The notes below the pieces were generated by a model that searched no databases, was not told where the DNA came from, and was given only the letters and a program-made list of their open reading frames with translations. A stretch of DNA of 64,000 nt from Lytechinus pictus (Eukaryota): NCBI RefSeq assembly GCF_037042905.1, contig NC_087246.1, positions 5,706,001-5,770,000 of the forward strand, read 5' to 3'. Position numbers and translations under genes: made by a program. Of this stretch, positions 22,401 through 34,190 are shown piece by piece. How positions within the stretch are numbered: the stretch's first letter is position 1; each line of letters opens with the position of its first letter.

Positions 22401-25400
22401 TTTTATCACCAAACACTTTCCGAACTTTTTTACACTTTCATGGTTGAGCAAGCACACTCGAAAACTTAGGAATTAATAATGTTTTTACTGCATAAGTGTA
22501 TTCTTTTCCTAACAATTTCTCAGGATCAGTTGAATTTATGGACAAAAATCAGTGGTGAATCCAGAATTTGAAAGTGGGGAGGTGCCAAGAAATTTGGGGA
22601 GGAGAGCCACTAACATTTTCAAATTTTAACGTGTTTTAAAGCGACCTTTCATTGAAAAATCATGGGGAAATGAAGGCTCAGAACAGAGAAGGGATCCACG
22701 TCTTTCACTCGGCTGCATGCCTGGGGTGTTATGTAATAGACACCGGCATGTCTGGGAGGTCTATAGGAGAGCAATAGTTAGTAGACTAACCAACCAGAAG
22801 GAAACTGGAACTGCGATGATCCGAAGTAAATAACCATCAAGAGTTCAGTCAAATTCGTGCTGTCCGAAATTTTATCGCATTAGTCCGACGGGCGCTCATG
22901 ACGGACAAATTACATTATGCAAGTCAATTGGCCTTTTGCAAATTTCGTATTGATTAAATTTCCCCATGATTTGTCAGTGGCTGGGCCCTTTAACAAGTTA
23001 CAGAGGATACTACCATAAACCCCTATGATGATACATCACAAAAAGAATGTGCTCACTCAACCATGAACATACGTTATCAAAATTTTGCGTGGAGTGTTTA
23101 AATGCTGGATAGAAAAACAGCATTACCACCATAAAATTCACCTAAAAACAACCTTTGCCCAATTTTGTCATGTTTGTATTTACTCAATCTGAAAAACTAC
23201 TCTTGTGACTTTCAAAAATTGTCATTTTTAATTCAACCTTTGATTATTCATGCATGACCTAACTGATCAATCTCATTTTCCCCCAGGAGTTGCTTAATGA
23301 GTGTAAAAAACAACTACAAAATATTATATTTCAAAATTATTCAGTTCAAAAGTAACAGCATTTTGATTTAGGGGGGACTTACTTTTTTTGTTGTGTATAG
23401 AAAAGAAATCGGAAGGAAAAAACAAAGAAATACATAAGATTTCGCAGAAAATAGAATTAAAACAGAATCCAATAGAACAAAAGATAAAAGAAGAGTTTAA
23501 ACATTAAAATAAACAGAACTGACTGAAGACAAAAACAAAGAAATTCATAAGATTTGAAAGAAAAGATAATGAAAGAAGAATTAACACATAGAAATACTTA
23601 AAGGACAAGTCCACCTCAACAAAAAGTTGATTTGAAAAGAAGAGAAAAATCCAACTAGCAAAACACTGAAAATTTCATCAAAATCGGATGTAAAATAAGA
23701 AAGTTATGACATTTTAAAGTTTCGCTTAATTTCACAAAACAGTTATATGCACATCCTGGTCGGTATGCAAATTGGCAGACTGATGACGTCACCCACTCAC
23801 TATTTCTTTTGTATTTTATTATATGAAACACGAAATATTCTAATTTTCTCCTCCTTTTCAAGTGAAATAAACCTTTATTTTTCCCTGAACATGTGGAATT
23901 ACCATTATTTTAACAGTTTATGGTTAAGTTAAGTTGGTGCTTATTGTCAAATCTGTAAAAATTGAAAAATTGTATTATTCAAACAATAAAAAACAAAATA
24001 AATAGTGAGTGATGGACATCATCGACTCTCTCATTTGCATATCGCTGAGTTGTGCATTTAACTGTTTTGTGAAAAATAAGCGAAACTTAAAAATGTCATA
24101 ACTTTCTTATTTTACATCCGATTTCGATGAAATTTGCAGCGTTATGTTTGTTTCATTTTTCTCTATCAATTCAAATCAACAATTTTCTTGGGTGGACTTG
24201 ACCTTTAAGAAATCAAGAAGAAAATGGAAGGAGGGAACAAAATATGATACATGAGAACTGATAGATGATGAAAGAATTAAAACAAGAAAATACATAAGAA
24301 TTGAAATACGATGAAAGAAAAATAAAACAAAGAAATACATACAAAAGATGAAAGAAAAAATAAAACAAAGAATACATAATAATTGATAGAAGAAAAGGTG
24401 AAAGAAGAGTTCAAACATAGTAATATCTAAGAATTGATAGAAAAAAGATGCAAGAACATTGAAAAACATAGAAATACATAAGAATTGACAGAAGAAAATA
24501 TGAAAGAAAAAATAAAACAAAGAAATACAAAATAATTGATAGAAAGAAATATGATAGAAAACTCATAACAATGAAATACATATACCGGTAATTGATTGAA
24601 GAAAAGAGAATTGAAAAATAGAATATACATAAGCTTTGATAGAAAAGAGAGTGAAAGAAGAATTAAAACATATTACAGAATACGTAAGAAAAGAAGAAAA
24701 CGGAAGGAGAGAACAAAATATACAAATATACATAAGAATTAAAAGATGAAAATATTAAAACAAGGAGATACATAAAAATTTATAGAAAAAAAGATAAAAA
24801 TAAAACCAGAAAAATACATAGTTGTTGGAAAAGATGAAAAAATAGAAATGTTTCAGAATTGATTGAGGGCGCATTTTCCCCTCACAGGAATAGGTACGAT
24901 CACAGGTGCGCATCTCGAGATTACCGCAGACATTTGTTCTAATCTAAACGGTCCTTGCGTGTGTACCTCGTGTTTTCATAAGGAATTTCATGCCGTGTTC
25001 GTTCCGGAGGATTAGTGTGACCTATAGATACAGACAGATCTGAATGGGTATAGGACTATGTATATTTCAAATTGGCAATTGGGTATTTTTAGTCACATAT
25101 AGGCAGCGGAAGCGGGGGGTCCTGATAATTTAGCATTAACTGATAAATAACACACGAAAAATAGGCTTTACGAATCACTTCCATAGTTACTCAGTAAATA
25201 AGATTTCAATTTTCATTTAAACACTGTAGAACTGACAGCATGTGTAATGTCAGGGTCAAGTGCATTCCAAAACCTGGGTCCAGTGCAAACTAGAGTGCCC
25301 AAAGTGAACTTTGTTCTTGCACGAGATATATGGAGAGTGGAAGATTGTCTAGTATTGTAATTGTGTACTTGACTATTTTTCTTAAATATCAGTGCCAGGG

Positions 25401-28400
25401 CTGAAGGAAGACTTCCTGAATCAAAATCATACATAAGAGATCCTAGCTGCATAAAGTAAATATCTTCCACTTTCAATAAGTGATTGTCATGAAATAAAAC
25501 ATTTGTATGGGCACGATAACTGACATTACACTTCTAATAGCTCTCTTCTGAACAATGAATAATTTTTGCAATTGCGTTTTAAGTGAGTTGCCCCAGGCAA
25601 GCACACCGTAGTTTAAGTAAGGAACAATTAATGAGGAATATAATATAAATAAAATTTCTTTAGGGAAAACTGATCTCAACTTGTATATACATGTAACACC
25701 AGTATTTTTTTACAACAGTTTGCAGAGATGATTTACATGAAGTTTCCAGTTCAATTTCTCATCAATAAATAACCCAAGAAATTTAGTTGTGGTTACTCTT
25801 TCAAGACAGACATTATTAAACATTACATTGCCAGGCAACATTTTTAAGGAATTGCTAAAAAGCATATAATTTGTCTTTTGAAAATTAAGTGATAATTTAT
25901 TGGCTTGAACCCACAAGATAACATTCTTCAATTCACAATTCAGTGTTTCTATCAGGGTTAGAGGATTCCTATGTGAAAAAAAATACACTAGAATCATCAG
26001 CAAAGAAAATAAAGGATAATTTGTTTGATGAATTTTGAAAATCATTTATATACAGTATGAATACGAGAGGTCCTAGAAGAGACCCCTGAGGTACACCACA
26101 TGTAACAGTTTGCAAGCTGGAATTAATTCTATTCAAAGATACAAATTGTCTCCTGTCAGTGAGATAACTCCTAAACCACTCAAGGGCAACGGGATAACTT
26201 ACTGTATGTAGCAAAATTTTATGATCATGAAACTGTATCAAAAGCCTTGGAAAAATCCAAGAATATACCAATTGTGCTCAAGTAATTATCCAAGGCAGTG
26301 GCAACCTTATCAACAAAGTGCAAAATGGCATGTGTAGTTGTATGCTTCTCACGAAACCCAAATAGAAAATTCGAAAAGATATTTGACTTTTTAAAGAAAT
26401 GTATGACCCTTGCATATATGAGTTTTTCAAGGATTTTTTAAAAAGATGTCAACAAAGAAATTGGACGATAATTGGTCAACAATTCAGGGTTGCCTTTCTT
26501 AAAAATTGACACAACTTTTGCAATTTTCATGCTTCTAGGCACAATGCCATTTGACATTGAAAGATTAAAGATGTAAGAGGTGTCAAGAATCCTACAATAA
26601 CATGTTTAATAAGTTCATTTTTAATATTATCACAGCCTGGGCTCTTTTTACTTTTGAGAGATCTAACCACATCAGTCAACTCTTCCTCACTTGTAGGCAA
26701 AAAAATAGACTTTCCAAAGTAGGCTCAGACAAGAAGTCAGCACAGGTTTTTTGACAGGGTGGAATAGCCGCCTGTAAATTTGGACCAATATTACAAAAAT
26801 AATTGTTGAACTCTTCTACAATAACACTGTTATCATCCACAACTTGATCATTTATGATTACCTGTTTTATCTTTGAAACCTTAAGTGGTGCTTTAAAAAC
26901 ATTTATGATCACTTTCCAGGTATCCTTAATATTATTAAAAGTCGCTTGGAATTGAGCACAGTAATATTGCTTTTTTGCATTACGCAATGTAGCAGTTAAA
27001 GTATTTTTATAAGCTGAATATTTCCTTTACAAAAATGCTGACTTTGTTTTTTTTATATTGGTAATACATCTTATTTTTCTTATTAATTGAGTTTAACAAA
27101 GATTTGGTAATCCACGGCATACGTGGAACTCTAAATGGACTCTTATTTGTACAATTAATCACAGGTACGTTCTCGTCATATAGAACCATTAATTTTTTCA
27201 TGAAATTATCAAAGGCACTCTCAACACTTTGGTCTGAGAGTATGTCACTCCAATCAGCCGAAATTAACACTTCTCTGAGCCGAGCGATATTTTCAGAATT
27301 GCTTTGGCGAGTATGGGTGTTGTAAATATTTGGATCCTTATATTGTCCTAAAGCTAGTTTAGTAAAAACAGGAAAGTGGTCAGATAAGTCAGAAATTGTA
27401 CTCCAGAAGACAGAACTGGTTGCGAATTACTAAAAATATTATCAATAAGTGTGGAAGATGTATCAGTCACTCTGGTAGGCTTTGTGATTAAGGGTAACTA
27501 TGAAAAAGACATTAACAGATTCAAGAAGTCATCAACGTGAACATTATCATTGCAGTGTAATAGATTTATGTTAAAATCCCCATGGCATCAAAAATAATGA
27601 TTTATGAGAAAGCAAAGCTTTTTCCAATATATTTTGCATGTCATCTATAAAACTTGTGAAATTACCATGGGGAGGTCTGTAGATTTCTCCAAGAACAACA
27701 TTTCTTTTACCAGGAAGCAAAATTTTTATAAATACAGCTTCCAAATGATCGGTCATCATGGTCATTAAATTAAGATCATGACAAACCTGATAATCTAACT
27801 GAGAAGGGACATATATTGTAACACCACCACCTCTTTTATTTTTCCTATTATTACAAATTATATCATAACCTGGAACAGAAAAGAGATTCATATCATTTTC
27901 ACTAGAATTAGATAACCAAGTCTCAGCATGCTCAGAGACGCCAATAGCACTGGCGTAAATCCGTGTTGATGGGTGGGGGGGATGACTGAAATATTTTGGC
28001 ATTTTTTTTGCAATCATGTTTTTAGATATGCAAGGAATTGTCATTGATATGTCCACACAGTGGCGTACCGTGGGTCACGGCATTGGGGGGGGGGGCACCA
28101 GCAAAATTTTGAATCACTGAGTGAGTGCGCTCAGTTGCCAGTTATTCTGACCTAATAGAGACATGGACAATGTCATTAAAGGGATATGTATCTCACTGAT
28201 CAAATAATGCGAGCGCGAAGCGCGAGCTGAAATTTTTTTATATTCACACCTAAAAAGGGACATTGTAATCAAATTTGTGTAATCATGATAGGTACCTGTC
28301 TCGCTAAACAATGCGAGCATGAAGCGCGAGCTGAAGTTTTCGTATATTTTTACCCCAAACAGCGAGATTTTAAGGAATATATTTTAGGAATCCATTAAGA

Positions 28401-29492
28401 GCATGCATATCTCACCATAGTCATCTAATGCGAGTGCCAAGCGCTTGCTGTTTTTATCAGAATTAGATCTGAACAAATGAAACACTTTTTGTAGTCATTG
28501 CAATCATGATTATCATACGCATCTCACTAATCAAATATTGCGAGCGCGAAGCGCGAGCTGAAAATTTATATAGTTCAGACCTGAAGTGGACATTCTAAGG
28601 TTTCTTTGTAGGAATTAACTAGGACCATACGTATTTCAATAACCAAATGATGCGAGCGCGAAGCGCGAGCTGAAAATATTTTATATTCAGATCAGAAGGG
28701 ACATTTTAAGGACTGATTTTAGGAATTCATGAAGAGCAGACATATCTCACCAATCCACTAATGCGAACGTAATCACGGACAGGAAATGTTTCATATATTT
28801 TGACATTCGATCTTGATCCCTTCTCAAAGACCCCAACATTGATGAATTGGAAGAAACGGGGGTTTCTCTTCAATGTTATAATAAGGACATAACCGTCATA
28901 AGTATTTCGTTTGGAAATGGTGAACTGGCTCTTTATTTGCATTTTATCATTTATGATGCAATAAAATTGTTTTATTTGTTAAGCGGTATTTCAGGAAGAA
29001 TTTTCACCAATAAAACAATTATCTCTTGTGATTTTTTTTCATTTCTTTCGTAAAAAGTGGGGGGATGTTTGTACAGGCCATCCCCCCCTCCTCGAAAAGT
29101 GGGGGGGATATATCCCCCCATCCCCCCCCCCCCGGGATTTACGCCAGTGGCCAATAGGCAATAGGGACAAGCCCACAAGCTGCGAATATTCATTATGAAG
29201 GAGAGTTAGGTCAGTGCTCATTCTGGTATTACCAGATTACAAACTAATTCAAAAAACTGTTTTTCTGTGCAATAGTTACAATCAGGGACAGCATTATGCA
29301 TGTTACCATTTATACTTAATTACTAGGCCCTACAGTGATTATCTTCAACAAAATTACAAATATCGTCTTCAAACTGAGCCATTAATTGTACTAAAACAAA
29401 AACAAAAGTACTCTAAAATAATTACTAAAGGCAGTAAAGTAAATACTTGCCTGCGTATAGGCCAAATCATTTACATTGTCCTCCTCGCCCAT
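16278..29492 (-). CDS. CENPS: Centromere protein S / MHF1 (histone-fold), coding exons 29451-29492, 18730-18853, 18004-18037, 17164-17230, 16278-16403; 130 aa
   Basis: Spliced product MGEEDNVNDLAYTQ|RLKAAVHFTTGQICGELGEELDVTFSRQFISALAETTFKQM|EIFACDLESFAQ|HAKRSTINSEDVKLLTRRSKDL|NAHISTLS...DDLE* matches CENP-S/APITD1; phases consistent. Confidence 0.93.
17164..17230 (-). CDS. CENPS: CENP-S coding exon 4
   Basis: HAKRSTINSEDVKLL; AG acceptor and GTAAGT donor. Confidence 0.93.
18004..18037 (-). CDS. CENPS: CENP-S coding exon 3 (34 nt)
   Basis: EIFACDLESFAQ; ctacag| acceptor, |gtaagt donor. Confidence 0.88.
18021..18372. repeat. Tandem duplication, about 176-bp unit
   Basis: atcacaagcaaagatttctgtagtg...aatgcacattta repeated at 18021 and 18197. 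Confidence 0.9.
18730..18853 (-). CDS. CENPS: CENP-S coding exon 2
   Basis: RLKAAVHFTTGQIC...ETTFKQM; ccacag| acceptor, |gtaatc donor. Confidence 0.93.
19115..19749. mobile_element. TTAA-flanked MITE (Kolobok-like)
   Basis: TTAA-aggaatactcca...tggagtatccc-TTAA; distant relative of 12694-13281. Confidence 0.75.
23400..24860. repeat. Degenerate A-rich minisatellite (aaaacaaagaaatacataagaattgatagaag...), split by a MITE
   Basis: Recurrent aaatacataagaattga motif at roughly 45-50 bp spacing. Confidence 0.65.
23598..24208. mobile_element. TTAA-flanked MITE (Kolobok-like)
   Basis: TTAA-aggacaagtccacc...ggtggacttgacct-TTAA. Confidence 0.87.
25130..29215 (-). pseudogene. Decayed L2/CR1-group LINE ORF2 in CENP-S intron, interrupted by a hAT-type MITE
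   Basis: Frameshifted pieces: NIRSL (about 29190), IGVSE..ETWL, GGGV, IYRPP, GVPQGSLLGPL, FADDS, KFLGL, PYLNYG, HNYNTR. Confidence 0.88.
27948..29149. mobile_element. hAT-type non-autonomous element with internal tandem repeats
   Basis: TIR cactggcgtaaatcc / ggatttacgccagtg; 8-bp TSD GCCAATAG at 27940-27947 and 29150-29157; about 110-bp units with core atgcgagcgcgaagcgcgagctgaa. Confidence 0.88.
29451..29492 (-). CDS. CENPS: CENP-S first coding exon (GC donor)
   Basis: ATG GGC GAG GAG...TAT ACG CAG|gcaagt; joins in phase 0 to RLKAAVH, the same context as vertebrate YQQ-RLKAAVH. Confidence 0.75.
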
Positions 29493-29709
29493 CTTGCATT
29501 TCATCACTGAGTTGACCTGAAGTTTGATCAAGTTGGTCTAACTTTACTTAGATCTCGCTCTACTTACAGTTACAGACTGTAACTAGTTACAGTAGACCTC
29601 ACTCGATTACGAGTAGTCAGCGAAGTGTCAGTAGCACTAGCTGCAGCCTAGTACAGTATAGCCACTACAAATACACAGCGAGTTATTACGCCTCGACCTC
29701 GCGATGTGT

Positions 29710-29808
29710 CGGCGGCGCGGCCGGCTAGGGCTAGCTAGCGGCGGCGGCGCGGCCGGCTAGGGCTAGCTAGCGGCGGCGGCGCGGCCGGCTAGGGCTAGCT
29801 AGCGGCGC
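29710..29808. repeat. GC-rich 32-bp tandem repeat, about 3 copies
   Basis: ggcggcgcggccggctagggctagctagcggc repeated. Confidence 0.9.
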
Positions 29809-30070
29809 CGGCAGAACCGGCTGGGCTCCTTTGGCTGGCTGGGCTATTTACCGGTACGTTTAAATCTGGCGCGCCTCTTTCGCGCTGATGGCGCACGTGC
29901 GGCAGCTGGTTGTTCGCTGCTACTACACTACTACGGTACTAAAGTATGAAGCTCTTATTTGAACCAGCGCAACCAAATTTTGTAATGAATTTTACATGAT
30001 ATGATCACTGAACTAAAAATACGTGGAAGTCGTGTTCACCCAAGCAAAACATCGCCGGCGAACTTGATAA

Positions 30071-30103
30071 GTCACGTGACCGCCGCCATTTTGCTAGGTC
30101 AAT
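30071..30103 (-). promoter_or_regulatory. Putative CENP-S promoter element: E-box palindrome GTCACGTGAC + YY1 motif + TGACCT half-site
   Basis: gtcacgtgac-cgccgccattttgctaggtcaat in CpG-rich DNA upstream of the CENP-S ATG. Confidence 0.6.
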
Positions 30104-30307
30104 TGTTCGAGAACGCGCCGTAGAAGGCAATTGAAAGTATGTGCAAGATGCAATATGTTTTCTCTATAAATATAGAATTAATACTGATGTACTTAGTGTG
30201 GCAAAGTGTATTTTAATGTCATTAAGCCAATCATGTACAACCATATTTCTATATGCACAATGTACTGGGACCTGGTAATTCATGTAGTTAAAAAAAGGGT
30301 TTAAATC

Positions 30308-31970
30308 AGGGTGACCAGATTTCACAAAATGAAATACGGGACAATCGATAAGAAAGATTATCAAAGAAGGCTACACAGTTATACTTGTGAAAAGAATATA
30401 AAGAATTGGAAGGGAGGGTGAACGAAAGAATGAAGGAGAGAAAGAAAAGAAATGAAATGAGAAAGAAGAAAGAAAACAATGAAGGGGAAAAATGAAAGAA
30501 AGTTAGAATAATTAAAAGGACGATGAAAGAAAGAATAAAAGAGAAAAAATGTTTCCGTCATTCTTTGAATTCATCGAATATAGAAAAAAAGAAAAAGAAA
30601 GAAAGGGAAGATGTGTGACAGACAAAATAAAGGTGAGAAAGAAAAAGTAAGAAAAAGGAGGAGGAAACAAAGAATGAAGGAAAGAAAAATGTGTTCATTC
30701 TTTGAAAGAAAGAAACGAAGAAAGAAGAAAACAGGAAGGGGGAAGGAAGGAAGGAAGGAAGGGAGGGAGGGAAAGAAAGAATAAGGGGAAACTGAATAGA
30801 AGGAAAAATGAAATAAAGAATGAAAGAATGAATGAAAGAGAGGGAGGAAAGATTGGAGGGAGGAGAGAATGAAAAAAAAATAATGGAAGGAGAGAAAAAA
30901 CGAAAAGAAATTAAAGGTGATCGAGGAAGGGAGAAGGAAGTAAATAAAAAGGGCAGATAAGAGAAAGAAGGAAAGAAAGAAAACTAACACACAGACAGGA
31001 TCAGGAAAGAAAGGTAGGAAATATTAAAAGATAGATGGAACAAAAAAAGCAAGCAGGAAGGATAGAAGGATGAAGAATAAAAATGAACGAGGAAAAAGTT
31101 CAAACTTCAAGCAAACAAAAGCAATCCAATCATCTAACAGAAATGATAATGATATTTGGTGTTTTTTAGATATATATCTTTAAAATTTTGAAAAAGTGGT
31201 TTAGAAATGAATAAAATTTCAAAGTGAAACATTGTCAACTTACAAATTAGAGGAAACAGCGCCGGCATCCTACACAACAAGACTCAAAACGAAAGCTAAA
31301 ACAACTACATGTAGATCCAGTAATGAAAACTAAAAAAACTTGTTCCTCCTACACTCTTAAAAATGTTGGGCAACATACGGTCCACACAACAATTGGTTAA
31401 AACTTTATCCAATTCTGGGTAGTTTTACACCAATAATGTGTGCTTTGGGTGAAAACTACACAGTATTGGTGTAAAACTACCCAGAATTGGATAAAGTTTT
31501 AACCAATTGTTGTGTGGACCGTATGTTGCCCAACATTTTTAAGAGTGTATTAAATCAGTAATATGAGAATCTATAATTATGATGATAAAAATTTCCCGCC
31601 GATTTTGTGATTATTTTGGTGGAAAAACTGTTTATCATGTGAGATTGTTTGCACCATTGAGAATCTGCTCCGATCCTACATGCATAGAGCCTGCCACACA
31701 CATACAGGCAGGAAGCCAGCTCGTTTGCAATGTATTGGGTTATATAGGATAAAAATCACCCGCAAAACTTTGCAAAAGTTTAGTTATCGATTGTTGTCTC
31801 TGCTTCGTCATCTGTTAGGTTATTTGATGAAAATTCGTCACTTTTAAATTATGTATCAACTACATTTTGTTCAGTATTCTAAAAATACGGGACAGATAGG
31901 TGTCCCGGGAAGGGTTTGTCGGGACGCCGGGACAAAGGAGCAAAATACGGGACGATCCCGGGAAATATTT
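30308..31970. mobile_element. hAT-like remnant enclosing a GA-rich low-complexity tract
   Basis: cagggtgaccaga...aaatacgggaca start and repeated cgggac subterminal motifs at 31885-31963. Confidence 0.45.
31350..31549. mobile_element. Foldback MITE (TA-CACT...AGTG-TA; CACTA/EnSpm-like)
   Basis: About 90-bp almost perfect inverted arms with a short spacer. Confidence 0.88.
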
Positions 31971-32309
31971 GACAAGAGATAGTGGTCTTTTTGTGCAATT
32001 TTTGACATGTGGAATATTTCATACTGACCAGGATATGCATATAACTGGTATGTGAAAATAAGCGAAATTTAGTGCCACAACTTTTTAAATGGAATTACCA
32101 TTTCTATGCTTTTCTGATTTGTGCTCTAATTAGTAAACTTGTTAGAGTTGAATTTGTTTATCCATCACCCCTAGATAATTCATGGCTGAGCGCACGAAGG
32201 TCCAACTTTGGAGGCTCATTAAAAGTAACAACCTTCTTGTCCTCAAACTTCTATTCAATTTTTCACCCTGAACTCAAAATTTATATAGAGAAAGTTGAAA
32301 TGAGAAAGG

Positions 32310-32810
32310 CAAAATGGTAAAGATGGAGCCGGAAAGAAAAAAAGAAACAGACGATCAACGAGAAGAGATGGAAAGAAGAGGAAGATCAAAGAGAGAGGGA
32401 GAGAAAGGGGAAATGACGAGGAATGAGAAAGAGGTGAGGAGAGAAAGGCGAGACGAGAGGGAGATAAGAGGGCTTGATATAAGGGAGATGGGGAAATAAA
32501 AGAGAGATATAAGGGGGATAGATAGAAAGGGAAGGTAAGAGAGAGAGATGAGAAAGAAGAGGAAAATCAGAGAGAAAGAAGCCAAAGAGAAAGGAAAAAT
32601 AATAAAGAGGGAGATCGAGATGATATAAAGGGGATAAATAAGAGAGAGAGGGGCATGCATGAAAGTAGAAATGGAAGAAATAGAAGGGATGGAGAAAAGG
32701 GAGGATAAGAGAGATGGACACTAAATATGCTGAAGAGGAAAATCAGAGAAAATGAGATGAGATGAATAGTTGAATGAGAAGTGAGGTGTAAAAAAAAAAG
32801 CTAGAGAAAA
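32310..32810. repeat. GA-rich low-complexity region
   Basis: Polypurine tract on + strand. Confidence 0.8.
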
Positions 32811-33165
32811 GGGACATGATTTCTAATCGTTAAAAGATTTTTTTTTTAATGCAACCAGCTAGAAGGCCTTTATTGTTCAGACAAATAGTAGGCCTACTCA
32901 GAAAGCAAATTTGTTGTGGGGCCTTTCTTTGTCACAGTGTGCGCGTGAAAAAGGTAGATTTTTTATGATTTCATATATTAGGCTATGTTTACTCCACTTT
33001 AATACAAAAATCTGACTAAATCAACATTTTCAGTTATGAAAGTAGTCAGTAACATATAGTTCATGATGTAACAAAGCAAACTAAAACTTTGAACAGCACA
33101 AGGAACACTTTCTTTGCGTTCCTTTCTCCCATCTGCCTACACGCAGCATTTGTCGACCAGCCAGT

Positions 33166-33382
33166 ATTGACCTAGCAAAATGGCGGCGCGCTCAGTCGAG
33201 CGTGAAGCCCGATGCTCTTCGTTGCCGCACGGCTTTGTGTACGTTGGGAATGGGGACACGTATTCCACGTATCTCTAGTTCAGTGGATATGATCCACACA
33301 ACATGCATGCAGCGCAGCGCATGCATTGATTTCATACCGTATGCTGAAGCAACAGCAAGGGGGAAAATCAAGCTTACATAAG
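33166..33382 (+). promoter_or_regulatory. Putative mitofusin promoter / non-coding first exon
   Basis: CpG-rich; attgacctagcaaaatggcggcg (YY1 motif), gcgcatgc (NRF-1-like) near 33317, donor AAG|gtgagg at 33382/33383. Confidence 0.5.
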
Positions 33383-33467
33383 GTGAGGCAAGACAAAAAA
33401 TATGTCTTTACATACATTACTGATATTTATTGCTAGAACCACTGAGAGATTTCTCCCAAGTAAAGTC

Positions 33468-33616
33468 GGCCTTATCGTGAAATTTGTCACCTCCCTTCTC
33501 GCGTGTACGCTCACTACAATTTACAAAGTCAATGCCAATGGGAGTGGAAAGATGTCACCACCGCTGACGAAATAAACGGCAGTGAATGGACAGGTGACAT
33601 AAACCACGATAATGCC
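33468..33616. mobile_element. 149-bp MITE, 8-bp TSD, GG...CC ends (Merlin-like)
   Basis: TIR ggccttatcgtg...gtcacc / ggtgac...cacgataatgcc; TSD GTAAAGTC at 33460-33467 and 33617-33624. Confidence 0.88.
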
Positions 33617-34190
33617 GTAAAGTCAAGCTGCAAGGTCAAGATGGATCTATTCTATCATGTCTATCTGATCTCTTTGTTATGTCCCGGGTTATGTCTATCC
33701 AGTCTGAAAATCTATTCTTGTCCAGACCAGGGCAGGGGCAGGGGTGGGAGACTGGCTTGGCCTTGGCCTTGGCAGATTTTTAACTGATATCTGATTTTTT
33801 TGTTTTGATTTTCATTTTTCAGCTTATTTTTGGCTTTCCTCTGTACAAGAAGTATGGGAGCTCTTTCTATTTCAGACTTTTTCAACACCCTTCAGCTTTT
33901 ATCAGATCTTTTTATTTGTGACCACTCACCTCTGATTATAATTTTTTTTTTATTATTATTAAAAACTTGTCTCTGGTCCCACATGTTAAGTTTACTGTAT
34001 CTAAGTTACTAGACAAAAGCTTGGTCTCTGTTTTCCTTTGTTTTTAAACATCGCCAATTCGATTTTCGATTCGATTTTGATTTTAGAAGCTTAACTGCCG
34101 ATCCGTTTTTCGATCTGAATTTTGATCCGATTTACAACATTTTATCTGTAAGTGTAACTAGTGTTTAACAGTAACTTTTTTGTTAGAGAA

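Noticed and set aside
28200..28785. Regularly spaced ~25-bp semi-palindromic repeats resembling a CRISPR array
   Set aside because: The intervening ~85-bp segments resemble each other, the repeats are degenerate, the array lies inside a TSD-flanked transposon, and the context is eukaryotic with no cas genes.
30379..32721. Phe/Leu/Ser-rich or Arg/Glu-rich ORFs that look like membrane proteins (also 8333-8682, 24176-24630, 44830-45213)
   Set aside because: Translation artefacts of GA/CT low-complexity tracts.
30081..33188. The 23-bp inverted pair as TIRs of a 3.1-kb DNA transposon
   Set aside because: No target-site duplication, termini unlike known superfamilies, and both copies coincide with CpG-rich promoter-like DNA; kept only as the alternative hypothesis.
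33180..33278. ATG GCG GCG... as an alternative mitofusin start
   Set aside because: The frame stops after about 32 codons with no similarity to mitofusin; the ATG is part of the YY1 motif.
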